Below the pieces are notes generated by a model. It worked only from the letters and a program-made list of their open reading frames with translations. It searched no databases and was not told the origin of the DNA. Source: an uncultured virus (IMG/VR IMGVR_UViG_3300015609_000147) (Duplodnaviria > Heunggongvirae > Uroviricota > Caudoviricetes). From it: a stretch of 64,000 nt of DNA. Below are positions 28,694 through 36,851 of the stretch, piece by piece (the stretch's first letter is position 1; every line of letters begins with the position of its first letter). A program made the position numbers and the translations under genes. The DNA is taken from IMG/VR virus record IMGVR_UViG_3300015609_000147; one strand, written 5' to 3'.

Positions 28694-28925
28694 GTGATTA
28701 CGTGGTTACGAGCGCGCGTAACAGCGAAACCCGCGCCAGGCTTGGCGCGTTACACGATTACGCCGTTACACGCCTCACGCATGTGCATGCACGCGCCCAC
28801 ACACACCCGCCCACCCGCCTGCATGCACACACACATACGCGAGGCTGCTGTAACGCTGTAATCGTGTAACGACCCGCGCCAGTGCTGGATTCCAGCGTTA
28901 CGCGTCCATGTAATGGCGTAACGGC
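28694..28925. repeat. Iteron-rich inverted-repeat region, candidate replication origin
   Basis: GTTAC/ATTAC pentamers at 8-bp period; 22-bp inverted repeat 28748..28769 / 28850..28871 with 2 mismatches. Confidence 0.6.
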
Positions 28926-28931
28926 GCTGCA

Positions 28932-30581
28932 CTACTGACCTCCCTGTGGTTCTTGCTCGTTGGGGGCCGGGGCACCGCTGCCATAGCCCGAGTACTTGCG
29001 CAGCGCATCCGCGAAGTCGCGCACGGCAGACGTGGCCCAATCGCCCTCGGTCATGCGCTGCTCGCCCTCGCCCAGAATCGGCTCGGTCACCAGGAACATG
29101 CGCTCGGTCTTCTTGGCCTGCCCGGGCCGGGTCACGTTCATCGGCTTGGTGCGCACCGGGCAGCCCTGCCCCTCGGCAAAGCGCACCACCGTGGGCGTGA
29201 AGCGGGTCTGGGGGAAGGGGTAGCGGTCGCCCGTGCGCTGGCACCATTTCAGATAGGCGGCATAGGCCTGGGTGATGGCGCAGGAGTGGTAGGGCAGATC
29301 CAGCTCGCCCGCCTGCCACTCGGACCAGAACAGCTCGGGGCTCTTGCGGTTGATCGCAATCAGTGCCGACTTGGCTTCCGTCATCGGGGCCGGGGCAAAG
29401 GGGTGGAAATCGCCCAGGGGGTAGTTGAGCAGGTAGTGGTAGAACGCCTCCACCCCGCCGCTGTCGCGCCAGTCGCCAAGTGCCTTGTAGTACTCGAAGC
29501 CCTTGGCCCGGGGCGTGTAGACCACCAGGTAGCGCCGGTCGGAGTTGTCCAGCGCCAGCGGCTGCAGCTCGTTGGAGAGGAACACGATGTTCATGTGGTT
29601 CTTCTCCTCGCGCCGCGTGAGGTGCTTGGGGTTGATCTGCACCGTGGGCGAGGTGATCAGCGCCTTCAGCCGGTTCTTGTTGTGGACCAGCTCGGCCCGG
29701 CTGGACACCTCGTCGCCCACCACGAACAGCTTGCAGCTGCGCCAATCGTTGTGCTTGTCCTCCAGCTCGTCCTGCCCCACCAGGGCGCCGTACTTGCCGT
29801 AGATGGCGACCATGATGTCGAACAGGAAGTTCTTGCCCGCGCCCTCATCGCCATGCATCACCACCGCCGTGCGCAGCTTGGTGCCGGGATGCTGCAGTGG
29901 GTAGGCCAGCCAGCACAACAGCCAATGCATGATGTCGCCGGTATCGCCCTCATCGGGCGTGGCCCGGCTGGTCAAGAAGGAAACGAGTTCCAGCATGGGC
30001 TGCACGTCGCCCTCTTTCGGCACCATGGCCATGCCGTCGAACAGGTTCACGGTGGAAGCCGGGTCGGCCTGCAGGGTGGGGTCGAACACCACGTCTTCCA
30101 GCCGCACCGTGCGCCGCTTCTCGCTGGCCTTCCACATCCGCACCATGTCGGCGCCATGGGCGTGGCCCATGTTGGCGATCTTCATGATCAGCCGCTCCGA
30201 TCCGTCCCACACCGTGTCCGTGCCGTAGATCAGCGCGAAGTTCTCGATCAGGTGGTTGAACCGGCCCCAATCGATGGTCTTCTCCTTCTTTCGCCCCTGC
30301 ACCGGCTGGTCAGTCGCAGGGCTCTTGCCACCCCCATCCCCAGAGTCGCGCGCAGCTGCGCCTTTTTTGGGGGACGGGGGGCGCTGGGCGAGATCCGGCG
30401 CCGGCCGCGCCTCGCCCGCGATGCGCACACCCGACTGAAAGTCGACGTGCACAACAGCCCCATCCAGCGGCGCTGGCGCGCCGTGAGTGGACGAAGCATG
30501 CGACTCTCCGGTCGCATGCGGTGGCGCCGTTAACGGCAATGGCGCCGCGCTGGGGTTGAGGTTGTCGGTGTTCTCAGCCAT
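28932..30581 (-). CDS. SF3 (D5/DUF5906-type) replicative helicase
   Basis: Walker A GDEGAGKN, Walker B FVVGDE, FLSN, DRRY. Confidence 0.9.
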   Translation of the reverse strand: MAENTDNLNPSAAPLPLTAPPHATGESHASSTHGAPAPLDGAVVHVDFQSGVRIAGEARPAPDLAQRPPSPKKGAAARDSGDGGGKSPATDQPVQGRKKEKTIDWGRFNHLIENFALIYGTDTVWDGSERLIMKIANMGHAHGADMVRMWKASEKRRTVRLEDVVFDPTLQADPASTVNLFDGMAMVPKEGDVQPMLELVSFLTSRATPDEGDTGDIMHWLLCWLAYPLQHPGTKLRTAVVMHGDEGAGKNFLFDIMVAIYGKYGALVGQDELEDKHNDWRSCKLFVVGDEVSSRAELVHNKNRLKALITSPTVQINPKHLTRREEKNHMNIVFLSNELQPLALDNSDRRYLVVYTPRAKGFEYYKALGDWRDSGGVEAFYHYLLNYPLGDFHPFAPAPMTEAKSALIAINRKSPELFWSEWQAGELDLPYHSCAITQAYAAYLKWCQRTGDRYPFPQTRFTPTVVRFAEGQGCPVRTKPMNVTRPGQAKKTERMFLVTEPILGEGEQRMTEGDWATSAVRDFADALRKYSGYGSGAPAPNEQEPQGGQ

Positions 30582-31647
30582 ACCGCCTCGCCATCGCATC
30601 GACCACCGCCACCAGCTGCCGGCGGACCACGTCCAGGCCCTCGAGGACGTGCAGATCGTTGAAGTCCGTATCCTTCGGCCCCCGTGTCGAGGCCTTGAAG
30701 ATGGGCCAGACCAGATCGCAGCCGTCCGTGGCTTTGGCAGCGCGGGCAGCGGCCGTGCGGCCCGGGTTGATCAGCGCGCCCGTGCGCTTGTCCCGGGTCA
30801 TGTAGTCGTCATCTGCCAGGATCAGGATGCGCGTGGCCGGGTACAGCGCCCGCAGCACGCGCACGACCTCGGCCAGGTTGCCGGCGTCGAGGGCCACGAA
30901 CACCGGGTGCTGGTGGTCCACCGCCATGCGGGCGGTCAGGCCTGTGGCATAGCCCTCGACCACCATCAACAGCGCCGTGCTGCCGGCGTCGATCTCACCG
31001 AGGCGGATGCAGCAGCCCGGCTTGTCGAAGGCCCGCAGGTAGATCTTCATCCCGTCCGGCTTGATGAACTGCAGGCCGCGCAGCGCCTGGTCACGCGGCA
31101 GATCCGGCCGCACCAGGGGCAGCAGCGTGGTGCCGGCCGGCAAGCGCACCACCACGTCTTCATCACCACGCTTGCGGGCAGGCCAGCGCAGCGACAGCTG
31201 GCGGTCCAGCGCGCGGAAGGCCTCGCCCTGTACCTGCTTGCGGTCCAGATAGGGCGTGGTGGCCACGCGCACGCCCTTGCGCCAGATGTCGATGGCTTCT
31301 GCCATCGCATTGGCGATCTCGGCAGCACGTTCGATCGCCGCAGCCTCGGCCAGCGCCTTGCGGTGGGCCGCCTGGCGGGCGCGCTCGGCCTCGGACAGCG
31401 GCGCCAGGTCAATCTCCACCTTCTGCCAATCGCCGCCATGCCGATAGGTGCCGAACGAGCCGACCACATACGTGCCGCCAGCGTCTGGCTGCCACAGGTG
31501 CAGCTTGTACCAATCCTTGCCGCCGGCGCCGCAGGTGGTCTTGCGCCCTGCCCTGATCCTGTCAGGCAGATCACGCCGATCCCGGTCGCGCAGCGCGATG
31601 CCGAAATGCTCCATCTGGTGCAGCACGCTCTGGTAGTTGTCCATCAC
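30574..31647 (-). CDS. TOPRIM primase
   Basis: LQFIKPDG, VVEGYATG, DAGNL, ADDD, DFNDL. Confidence 0.9.
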   Translation of the reverse strand: MMDNYQSVLHQMEHFGIALRDRDRRDLPDRIRAGRKTTCGAGGKDWYKLHLWQPDAGGTYVVGSFGTYRHGGDWQKVEIDLAPLSEAERARQAAHRKALAEAAAIERAAEIANAMAEAIDIWRKGVRVATTPYLDRKQVQGEAFRALDRQLSLRWPARKRGDEDVVVRLPAGTTLLPLVRPDLPRDQALRGLQFIKPDGMKIYLRAFDKPGCCIRLGEIDAGSTALLMVVEGYATGLTARMAVDHQHPVFVALDAGNLAEVVRVLRALYPATRILILADDDYMTRDKRTGALINPGRTAAARAAKATDGCDLVWPIFKASTRGPKDTDFNDLHVLEGLDVVRRQLVAVVDAMARRYG

Positions 31648-32027
31648 GCCCTGCCCTCTTTCAGCCGCTCCAGGCGTGCCACCAGTAGCGACGCATGGCC
31701 CACCGTGCGCTCCAGCTCGCGCGTCAGCTTCGTGGCCTCGGTCACGGGGTCCAGCGGCATGGGCGGCGCGTAGCCTGCCTCATGCAGCAGATAGGCGGTC
31801 AGGCCGTGAAAGCCGATCTCGCAGCACTTGCGCATCAGCAGCAGCAACTGGCCGGGGCTCAGCCGCTCGGCCCGGGCCGGGTTCAGCGCATCCAGCAGAT
31901 AGCGCGCCGCCGCGTCGGGCTGCTTTTCGGGGAACAGCAGTTCGCCCACCTTCTTCGGGCCGCCCAGGTACTTCACAGCATCCTTGGCAGCCTCCAGCTC
32001 ATCGTCGTAATTGAGTGCTGGGTCCAT
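31644..32027 (-). CDS. CII-like regulator
   Basis: LGGPKKVG...LFP...LNP..AERLS, position between cro and primase. Confidence 0.6.
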   Translation of the reverse strand: MDPALNYDDELEAAKDAVKYLGGPKKVGELLFPEKQPDAAARYLLDALNPARAERLSPGQLLLLMRKCCEIGFHGLTAYLLHEAGYAPPMPLDPVTEATKLTRELERTVGHASLLVARLERLKEGRA

Positions 32028-32057
32028 ATTCAGACCTCCAAAATCAGGGGAAACCCT

Positions 32058-32212
32058 TTCCGACGCGTTCCGAATTTTTNNNNNNNNNNNNNNNNNNNNN
32101 NNNNNNNNNNNNNNNNNNNNNNNNNNNNNNNNNNNNNNNNNNNNNNNNNNNNNNNNNNNNNNNNNNNNNNNNNNNNNNNNNNNNNNNNNNAAAAATTCGG
32201 AACGCGTCGGAA
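32058..32212. repeat. Perfect 22-bp inverted repeat flanking an assembly gap (N 32080..32190)
   Basis: TTCCGACGCGTTCCGAATTTTT / AAAAATTCGGAACGCGTCGGAA. Confidence 0.9.
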
Positions 32213-32365
32213 TGACTCAGCCAGGCAATACCGGGAGACTTCGATGCATGAACCAATGCACCGAACCCTCGCAAGAAAAAGCCGCCACGGCCCATGCCGG
32301 GCACGCGGCGGAAAATGCGCCAGGGGCAGCCCATAACCCAAGCACCCAGCCAATCGGAGATACCA

Positions 32366-32593
32366 ATGAGCGAACAGAACAGCATCCCGTTGAATGCAGA
32401 TTCCCTGAATGCCATCGTCAATGCACTGGGCGCGCTGGTCTTCGCCACCGTGCGGCAACTGCCTGCGGACAGGCAAGAGGCCTTTGCCATCGACCTGGCA
32501 CGCTTGGCACGCAACGAAGAAAGGCAGGGCAATCTCATGACGGAGACGCTGCTGCTCGACATGCACCGCGCCGCCCGGGCTGCGACGAACTGA
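32366..32593 (+). CDS. Hypothetical protein antisense to the early-right operon
   Basis: 75 aa MSEQNSIPL..., GGAGA RBS. Confidence 0.65.
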   Translation: MSEQNSIPLNADSLNAIVNALGALVFATVRQLPADRQEAFAIDLARLARNEERQGNLMTETLLLDMHRAARAATN

Positions 32594-32643
32594 GCGCAGG
32601 CAACGTCAAGCGAAGGCACAAGCCTGTCAGTGAGCGCAGCCAC

Positions 32644-32883
32644 CTACTCGACCTCGGGCAGCGCCGCGCTGGCCCGCTGGCAGCCCGCAGAGGCACTGAT
32701 GTAATCGTCCAGGCTGTCGCGCAGAAACTGCGCGTGCTCCAGCGTGATTGCCACGCGCACCGTCGACTGGCCCGGAATATCCAGTCCCAGGCCCAGGCGC
32801 TTGCGGCCTGGACAGACGGGGGTAACGTTGCGCACGCCCGCGTCAAGGTAGATGGCGGGCAGCAGGTTTATGGGCGAAGTCAT
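32644..32883 (-). CDS. Hypothetical early protein
   Basis: 79 aa MTSPINLL..., GGAGG RBS, ATGA overlap. Confidence 0.65.
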   Translation of the reverse strand: MTSPINLLPAIYLDAGVRNVTPVCPGRKRLGLGLDIPGQSTVRVAITLEHAQFLRDSLDDYISASAGCQRASAALPEVE

Positions 32884-33131
32884 CGCTTTGCACCTCCTGC
32901 AGGGTGGAACTGCTGCGTAGCGCACCACTCACGCCAGCGCTGCTCCAGTCCATCAGCCGGAACCGTGTGTACCTCGCGGATGGATACCGCGTCGAACGCT
33001 GCGGCCACCTCTCTGATGTCTGGAAAAGGGCATTCTTTGCTGAGCGCCTTCGGCGCGGCCCTGCTGACCCCAAACCATGGCAGGGCCAACGCGCCAAGCA
33101 GCAGGCGGCGGCGGGTGACGCTGTTACGCAT
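32880..33131 (-). CDS. Hypothetical protein with Tat-like N-terminus
   Basis: MRNSVTRRRLLLGALAL...; overlaps the cro stop and the next start. Confidence 0.5.
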   Translation of the reverse strand: MRNSVTRRRLLLGALALPWFGVSRAAPKALSKECPFPDIREVAAAFDAVSIREVHTVPADGLEQRWREWCATQQFHPAGGAKR

Positions 33132-33348
33132 GTGCAGCCCCAATCTCGGCGGTTCTGGGATTCACCAGCTCGCGCAAGCCCACCTCGCCCTGCGTCAGCA
33201 CCTCTATCTGCAGCGCCTCTTCCAGGCTCACACGCCGCGTGCCACGCAGCCAGTGATTGACCTTTCCGGCGCTGACGGGGGGGTCCAGGCGCTGCCCGAA
33301 GGAAGCCATGGTGATGCCATGCACTTGAAGGTAAGTCTTGAGCTTCAT
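33124..33348 (-). CDS. cro: Cro/YdaS-like HTH regulator
   Basis: 74 aa, VSAGKVNHWLRGTRR...IEVLTQGEV; divergent from the repressor. Confidence 0.85.
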   Translation of the reverse strand: MKLKTYLQVHGITMASFGQRLDPPVSAGKVNHWLRGTRRVSLEEALQIEVLTQGEVGLRELVNPRTAEIGAAHA

Positions 33349-33350
33349 AG

Positions 33351-33378
33351 ATCCATTATGGATCAATCCACAATGGAT
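33351..33378. promoter_or_regulatory. OR-like operators
   Basis: ATCCATTATGGAT (33351..33363) and ATCCACAATGGAT (33366..33378). Confidence 0.8.
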
Positions 33379-33441
33379 CACAACGAAATGGACTCCGTTT
33401 TGTGCATTCCCTCCCCGGAGACTGATTGGGACACTATCCCC

Positions 33442-33840
33442 ATGGAAACATGGACAGACAGGGCCAAGGCCCGCATGCGCGAACTTGGCGTGTCTCAGGA
33501 GCGCCTTGCAGAGCAGTTCGGCATGACCCCGGCAGGCATGCAGAAGTGGCTGGCAGGGACTCGGCAGCCCGCGTTTGAAGAAATCAACCAGATTGCGGAT
33601 CGCCTAGGTGTGCCGCGCACTTGGCTGACTTATGGCACAGACCCAAACGACTCAACAGATGGGCTCACAGATCCCGCTAAAACGGTTCTGCGCAAGCTGA
33701 TCTCAATGGAAAGGGCCGGCCGGATGCCAGAAACCCTCTGGGATGCGATCGGCTTACTGGCGACCGCAGTGGCTCCGCTGCCTGACGAAACCGCCCAGGT
33801 CAAAAGTCCTGCCGAAACGAAGAACGGCACAACAAACTAG
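33442..33840 (+). CDS. cI: CI-like XRE repressor lacking an S24 peptidase domain
   Basis: 132 aa; HTH VSQERLAEQFGMTPAGMQKWLAGTRQP. Confidence 0.85.
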   Translation: METWTDRAKARMRELGVSQERLAEQFGMTPAGMQKWLAGTRQPAFEEINQIADRLGVPRTWLTYGTDPNDSTDGLTDPAKTVLRKLISMERAGRMPETLWDAIGLLATAVAPLPDETAQVKSPAETKNGTTN

Positions 33841-33908
33841 AGCGCCGCCTGGCCAAGGCAGCGCCAAGATCTATCAGTTCTCAAGACAGCCATCAGGAGG
33901 GAGTTCCG

Positions 33909-34388
33909 ATGACACAAAGTAAGCACTGCCTCAAATGCGGGGCGTCCACAGCATTCAGTGACGAGCCACCGCTTGCCTGCCCCACTTGCGGCGCGGTCTA
34001 CAGCAAGGTCGAGCAGGCATGGCGAGAAGGACAACCCACCCGCCCTCAGCCGACGTCACGCTCCACCTCGACAACACGGCAACATCGGGACGCAGATCAC
34101 CACGCCTTTGCAGCCAGGCTTAGAGAAGAAAGCATCTACCCAACATTTCGTGCTGTTGTGAAGATCGCCTACTGGCTGGGAGTGGCACTGGCCGTCCTCA
34201 TCGTGGTGGGCGGGATCTTCACATCGTTCAGTACAGGAGCTGGTGCTTTTATTGGAGGCATCGTTGTTGGCGCACTCGTGTTCGTCCTCGCCAAGGTAGC
34301 CAAGGAGATGAGCCTGATGCTGGCCGATCTGAGCGACGCCACCGTCAGATCCGCAGCTCAGGCAGAGGCATCGCGTCAGTCAAGCTGA
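33909..34388 (+). CDS. Zn-ribbon plus 2-TM membrane protein downstream of cI
   Basis: CLKC...CPTC and two hydrophobic helices. Confidence 0.75.
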   Translation: MTQSKHCLKCGASTAFSDEPPLACPTCGAVYSKVEQAWREGQPTRPQPTSRSTSTTRQHRDADHHAFAARLREESIYPTFRAVVKIAYWLGVALAVLIVVGGIFTSFSTGAGAFIGGIVVGALVFVLAKVAKEMSLMLADLSDATVRSAAQAEASRQSS

Positions 34389-34406
34389 GCTGACGCGCGG
34401 AATAAA

Positions 34407-34446
34407 ATCCAAAATGGATTGACACAAATAATCCAATTTGGATAAT
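34407..34446 (+). promoter_or_regulatory. pL-like promoter overlapped by two operators
   Basis: TTGACA (34419)-16 nt-GATAAT (34441); ATCCAAAATGGAT 34407..34419 and ATCCAATTTGGAT 34431..34443. Confidence 0.85.
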
Positions 34447-34481
34447 CACCTCCAACACCCATCCCGGGTGCTGGAGGTTCC

Positions 34482-34712
34482 ATGTCCCTTGCCCCTCTTC
34501 TGGCGCTCCATGAAGCGCTGCAGGAAGCCGAGCAGTTCATCGCCGGCTTCGAGAACGATCCCCATCAAGAAACTGATGTCGGCCGCCTGCTGAAGAAGCT
34601 GCGCGGCCAGCTCGACGTCACCCGCCTGGTCGTCGATGTCACGCGCGCCCAGGCTGCGGCCGATGCTGCCGGTGCCGTGCTGACGGGCGCTGAAATGCGG
34701 GGTGCGGCATGA
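34482..34712 (+). CDS. Hypothetical early-left protein
   Basis: 76 aa, GGAGG RBS, first gene after the promoter. Confidence 0.75.
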   Translation: MSLAPLLALHEALQEAEQFIAGFENDPHQETDVGRLLKKLRGQLDVTRLVVDVTRAQAAADAAGAVLTGAEMRGAA

Positions 34713-35746
34713 GCGTGCAGCCCATCCTCGATCTGGTGGCCCACCTCACGGGCGGCGCTCGCAGCCCCGACCACGACCTGCTGCTGTCATGGCTGGCCTA
34801 CCCGCTGCAGCATCCCACTGGCAGATTGACCAAGGCCATGGTGCTGCACGGCCCGCAAGGCAACGGCCAAGGCACCCTGCTGGAAACCATGGCGCGCATC
34901 CATGGGAGCGCCTACCTCTCGCTGAGCAGTGCGCAAAGACTGCTGGACGGCGGCAACGGAGTGCTGGCCGGCAAGCGCCTGGTGGTGTTCGACAAGGCTC
35001 CGCAGGGAGAGGCTGCCCATGACGCCCTGGCGCAGCTGCTTGATTCACTCACCCTGCACATCACACGCAAGGGCCACGCCCCCCGCACCGAGCCCAATCA
35101 CCTGAACCTGCTGTTCGCGTGCCGCGACAAGTCCACTCAGGGCTGGTCACCGGCCCGGTTTCTCACCATAGAAACCGCGCCGCCGCGCGAGCCTGAGTTC
35201 TACCGCGCCCTGATCAACTGGCGGGCGACGGACGGACATGTGGAGTTCGCTCAGTACTTGCTCCAGTACCCCATCAGTGCCGCCTTCCTGGCCAACTGCA
35301 CGCTGGCGGAAGAGACCGCCGCAGCGATGACCGAGGCATCACCCATCCGCACAGCCACGCTGGCCGAGGTGCTGGACCGCGCCAGCGCCACGATCTGGGA
35401 CGCCGAGCGCACGCTGGACAGGCTGCCCGAAGGCTCTCCGCTGTGGAACCACTGGTATGGCCGCATGTGCGGTCTGTACACGCTGCTGCAGTGCTGTGGC
35501 GCCCTGCCCGTCGGGCCGTTCGGCCGGTCAGCCCATGAGCTGCAGGGCCTGCTCAAGACTGCCCGCCCCCAGCTTCCCGGTGGCTTTGAACGCTTCCCGG
35601 TCGTTGAGGCGCAGCAGTGGCTTGGCGAGCATGGAATCCAGGCGACCGTCGACGAGATCCCGCACCTGCAGCGCCACCTCGTCGCGGGGTTGGCCAAGCG
35701 AGCACCGACCGAAACCACAGCCCATGGAGACCAGCCATGGAACTGA
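34709..35746 (+). CDS. Degenerate paralog of the phage SF3 helicase ATPase domain plus unrelated C-terminal region
   Basis: Shares WLAYPLQHP with the helicase; Walker A GPQGNGQG, Walker B VVFDK. Confidence 0.8.
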   Translation: MSVQPILDLVAHLTGGARSPDHDLLLSWLAYPLQHPTGRLTKAMVLHGPQGNGQGTLLETMARIHGSAYLSLSSAQRLLDGGNGVLAGKRLVVFDKAPQGEAAHDALAQLLDSLTLHITRKGHAPRTEPNHLNLLFACRDKSTQGWSPARFLTIETAPPREPEFYRALINWRATDGHVEFAQYLLQYPISAAFLANCTLAEETAAAMTEASPIRTATLAEVLDRASATIWDAERTLDRLPEGSPLWNHWYGRMCGLYTLLQCCGALPVGPFGRSAHELQGLLKTARPQLPGGFERFPVVEAQQWLGEHGIQATVDEIPHLQRHLVAGLAKRAPTETTAHGDQPWN

Positions 35747-35874
35747 AAACCTTCCGCGTGCGCGTGGCCGGCCGCAGCTTCACCGGCGCCTACCTGAGCG
35801 GTGCCCTGGCCGTGGCCCTGGCGCAGTGTTTCTACCGCGTGCACAACGCGTCGGCCATCCGGGTGCAGCCATGA
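35737..35874 (+). CDS. Small hypothetical protein
   Basis: 45 aa MELKTFRV..., GGAG RBS, coupled to neighbours. Confidence 0.55.
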   Translation: MELKTFRVRVAGRSFTGAYLSGALAVALAQCFYRVHNASAIRVQP

Positions 35875-36032
35875 ACACGCGCCGCATTGAACTGGACGGC
35901 CCGCACCGCAGCCGCCTGCACCAGCGCCGCGTGCGCCGGCAACTGCTGGCCCTGGGCATCCTGGCCGCAGCGCTGATCTGCAGCCCCTGCATCGCCCTGC
36001 TGATCCACAGCCTGACCGGAGGCGCGCCATGA
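35871..36032 (+). CDS. Small single-TM protein
   Basis: 53 aa, ATGA overlaps at both ends. Confidence 0.6.
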   Translation: MNTRRIELDGPHRSRLHQRRVRRQLLALGILAAALICSPCIALLIHSLTGGAP

Positions 36033-36334
36033 CCATGGAGCTGCGTATCCACGGCCAGGTCACCGCCTGCATCTGCCGCACCACCACCGATGGCCGGCCG
36101 CTGCTGGAGGTGGAGTTGAAGACGCCAGACGGCCAGGCCGTGCATGCACGGCACATCTACCCCGACAACACAGCCGCCAGCAGCCATGCGGCCATGACGC
36201 TGGCGCGCCAGCTCAAGGGCCAACAGGCCGAGCTGTACACCACCAACCCGCGTTTCACTTGGCAGCGCATGGACTGCCTAGCGCAGCACATCCGCGCCAC
36301 GTCCACGCCCTGCCCTCGCAAGGATCTCGCATGA
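36029..36334 (+). CDS. Hypothetical protein, possibly OB-fold
   Basis: 101 aa; IHGQV...RTTTDGRPLL is SSB-like (weak). Confidence 0.55.
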   Translation: MTMELRIHGQVTACICRTTTDGRPLLEVELKTPDGQAVHARHIYPDNTAASSHAAMTLARQLKGQQAELYTTNPRFTWQRMDCLAQHIRATSTPCPRKDLA

Positions 36335-36621
36335 AACCCGCTCTGACCTCCATCGCTCACGGCAACGGCTTCGGCACACGCAGCAGCCGCGGCTCGGACC
36401 TTCAGCAGCCCGCCCCCACGCCCAAGGCGCTGCGCCAACGCAGCCTGCGCGAGCGCGTGGCCACGCCCGTCAACGACCGGCCCATCCGCAACAGCACGGT
36501 CACCACTGCGGCCTACAAATTCCCCGAGCTGAATGCATCAGTCCGCCGCGGCGCCATGGACGCCTTTGCCCTGCCCAGCGTTGTCATGGGCGAGCGCATC
36601 TACCGCAAGGCACGGCCATGA
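36331..36621 (+). CDS. Hypothetical early protein
   Basis: MKPALTS..., VRRGAMDAFALPS, ATGA overlaps. Confidence 0.65.
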   Translation: MKPALTSIAHGNGFGTRSSRGSDLQQPAPTPKALRQRSLRERVATPVNDRPIRNSTVTTAAYKFPELNASVRRGAMDAFALPSVVMGERIYRKARP

Positions 36622-36851
36622 CCAGCACCGCCGCATGCAAGGCCTGCACCCACTGGCTGCCTGACACCAGCGACCCGCGCATGGTGCGCCTGGGCTTCGC
36701 CCAATGCGCCAGGCACCTGATGCCGGGCCGCACCTTCAATGCCGATTCGCGCTGCGACCAATTCAGCGCCATGCCCGCCGACCAGCTCGCCGCCCGCCGC
36801 GAGATCGCCGTGCAGCGTGTGCGCCAGCTCAAGCACAAGGAGGTGCGCTGA
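36618..36851 (+). CDS. Small Cys-containing protein
   Basis: CKACTHW...C...CDQF. Confidence 0.65.
   Translation: MTSTAACKACTHWLPDTSDPRMVRLGFAQCARHLMPGRTFNADSRCDQFSAMPADQLAARREIAVQRVRQLKHKEVR

Noticed and set aside
8710..30533. Many long plus-strand ORFs (e.g. 8710..10749, 13962..16022, 22085..24025, 28953..30533)
   Set aside because: Antisense shadows of high-GC genes with no recognisable motifs
32011..33840. 609-aa ORF ending in the repressor
   Set aside because: It reads through Ns and antisense to real genes; the repressor most plausibly starts at 33442
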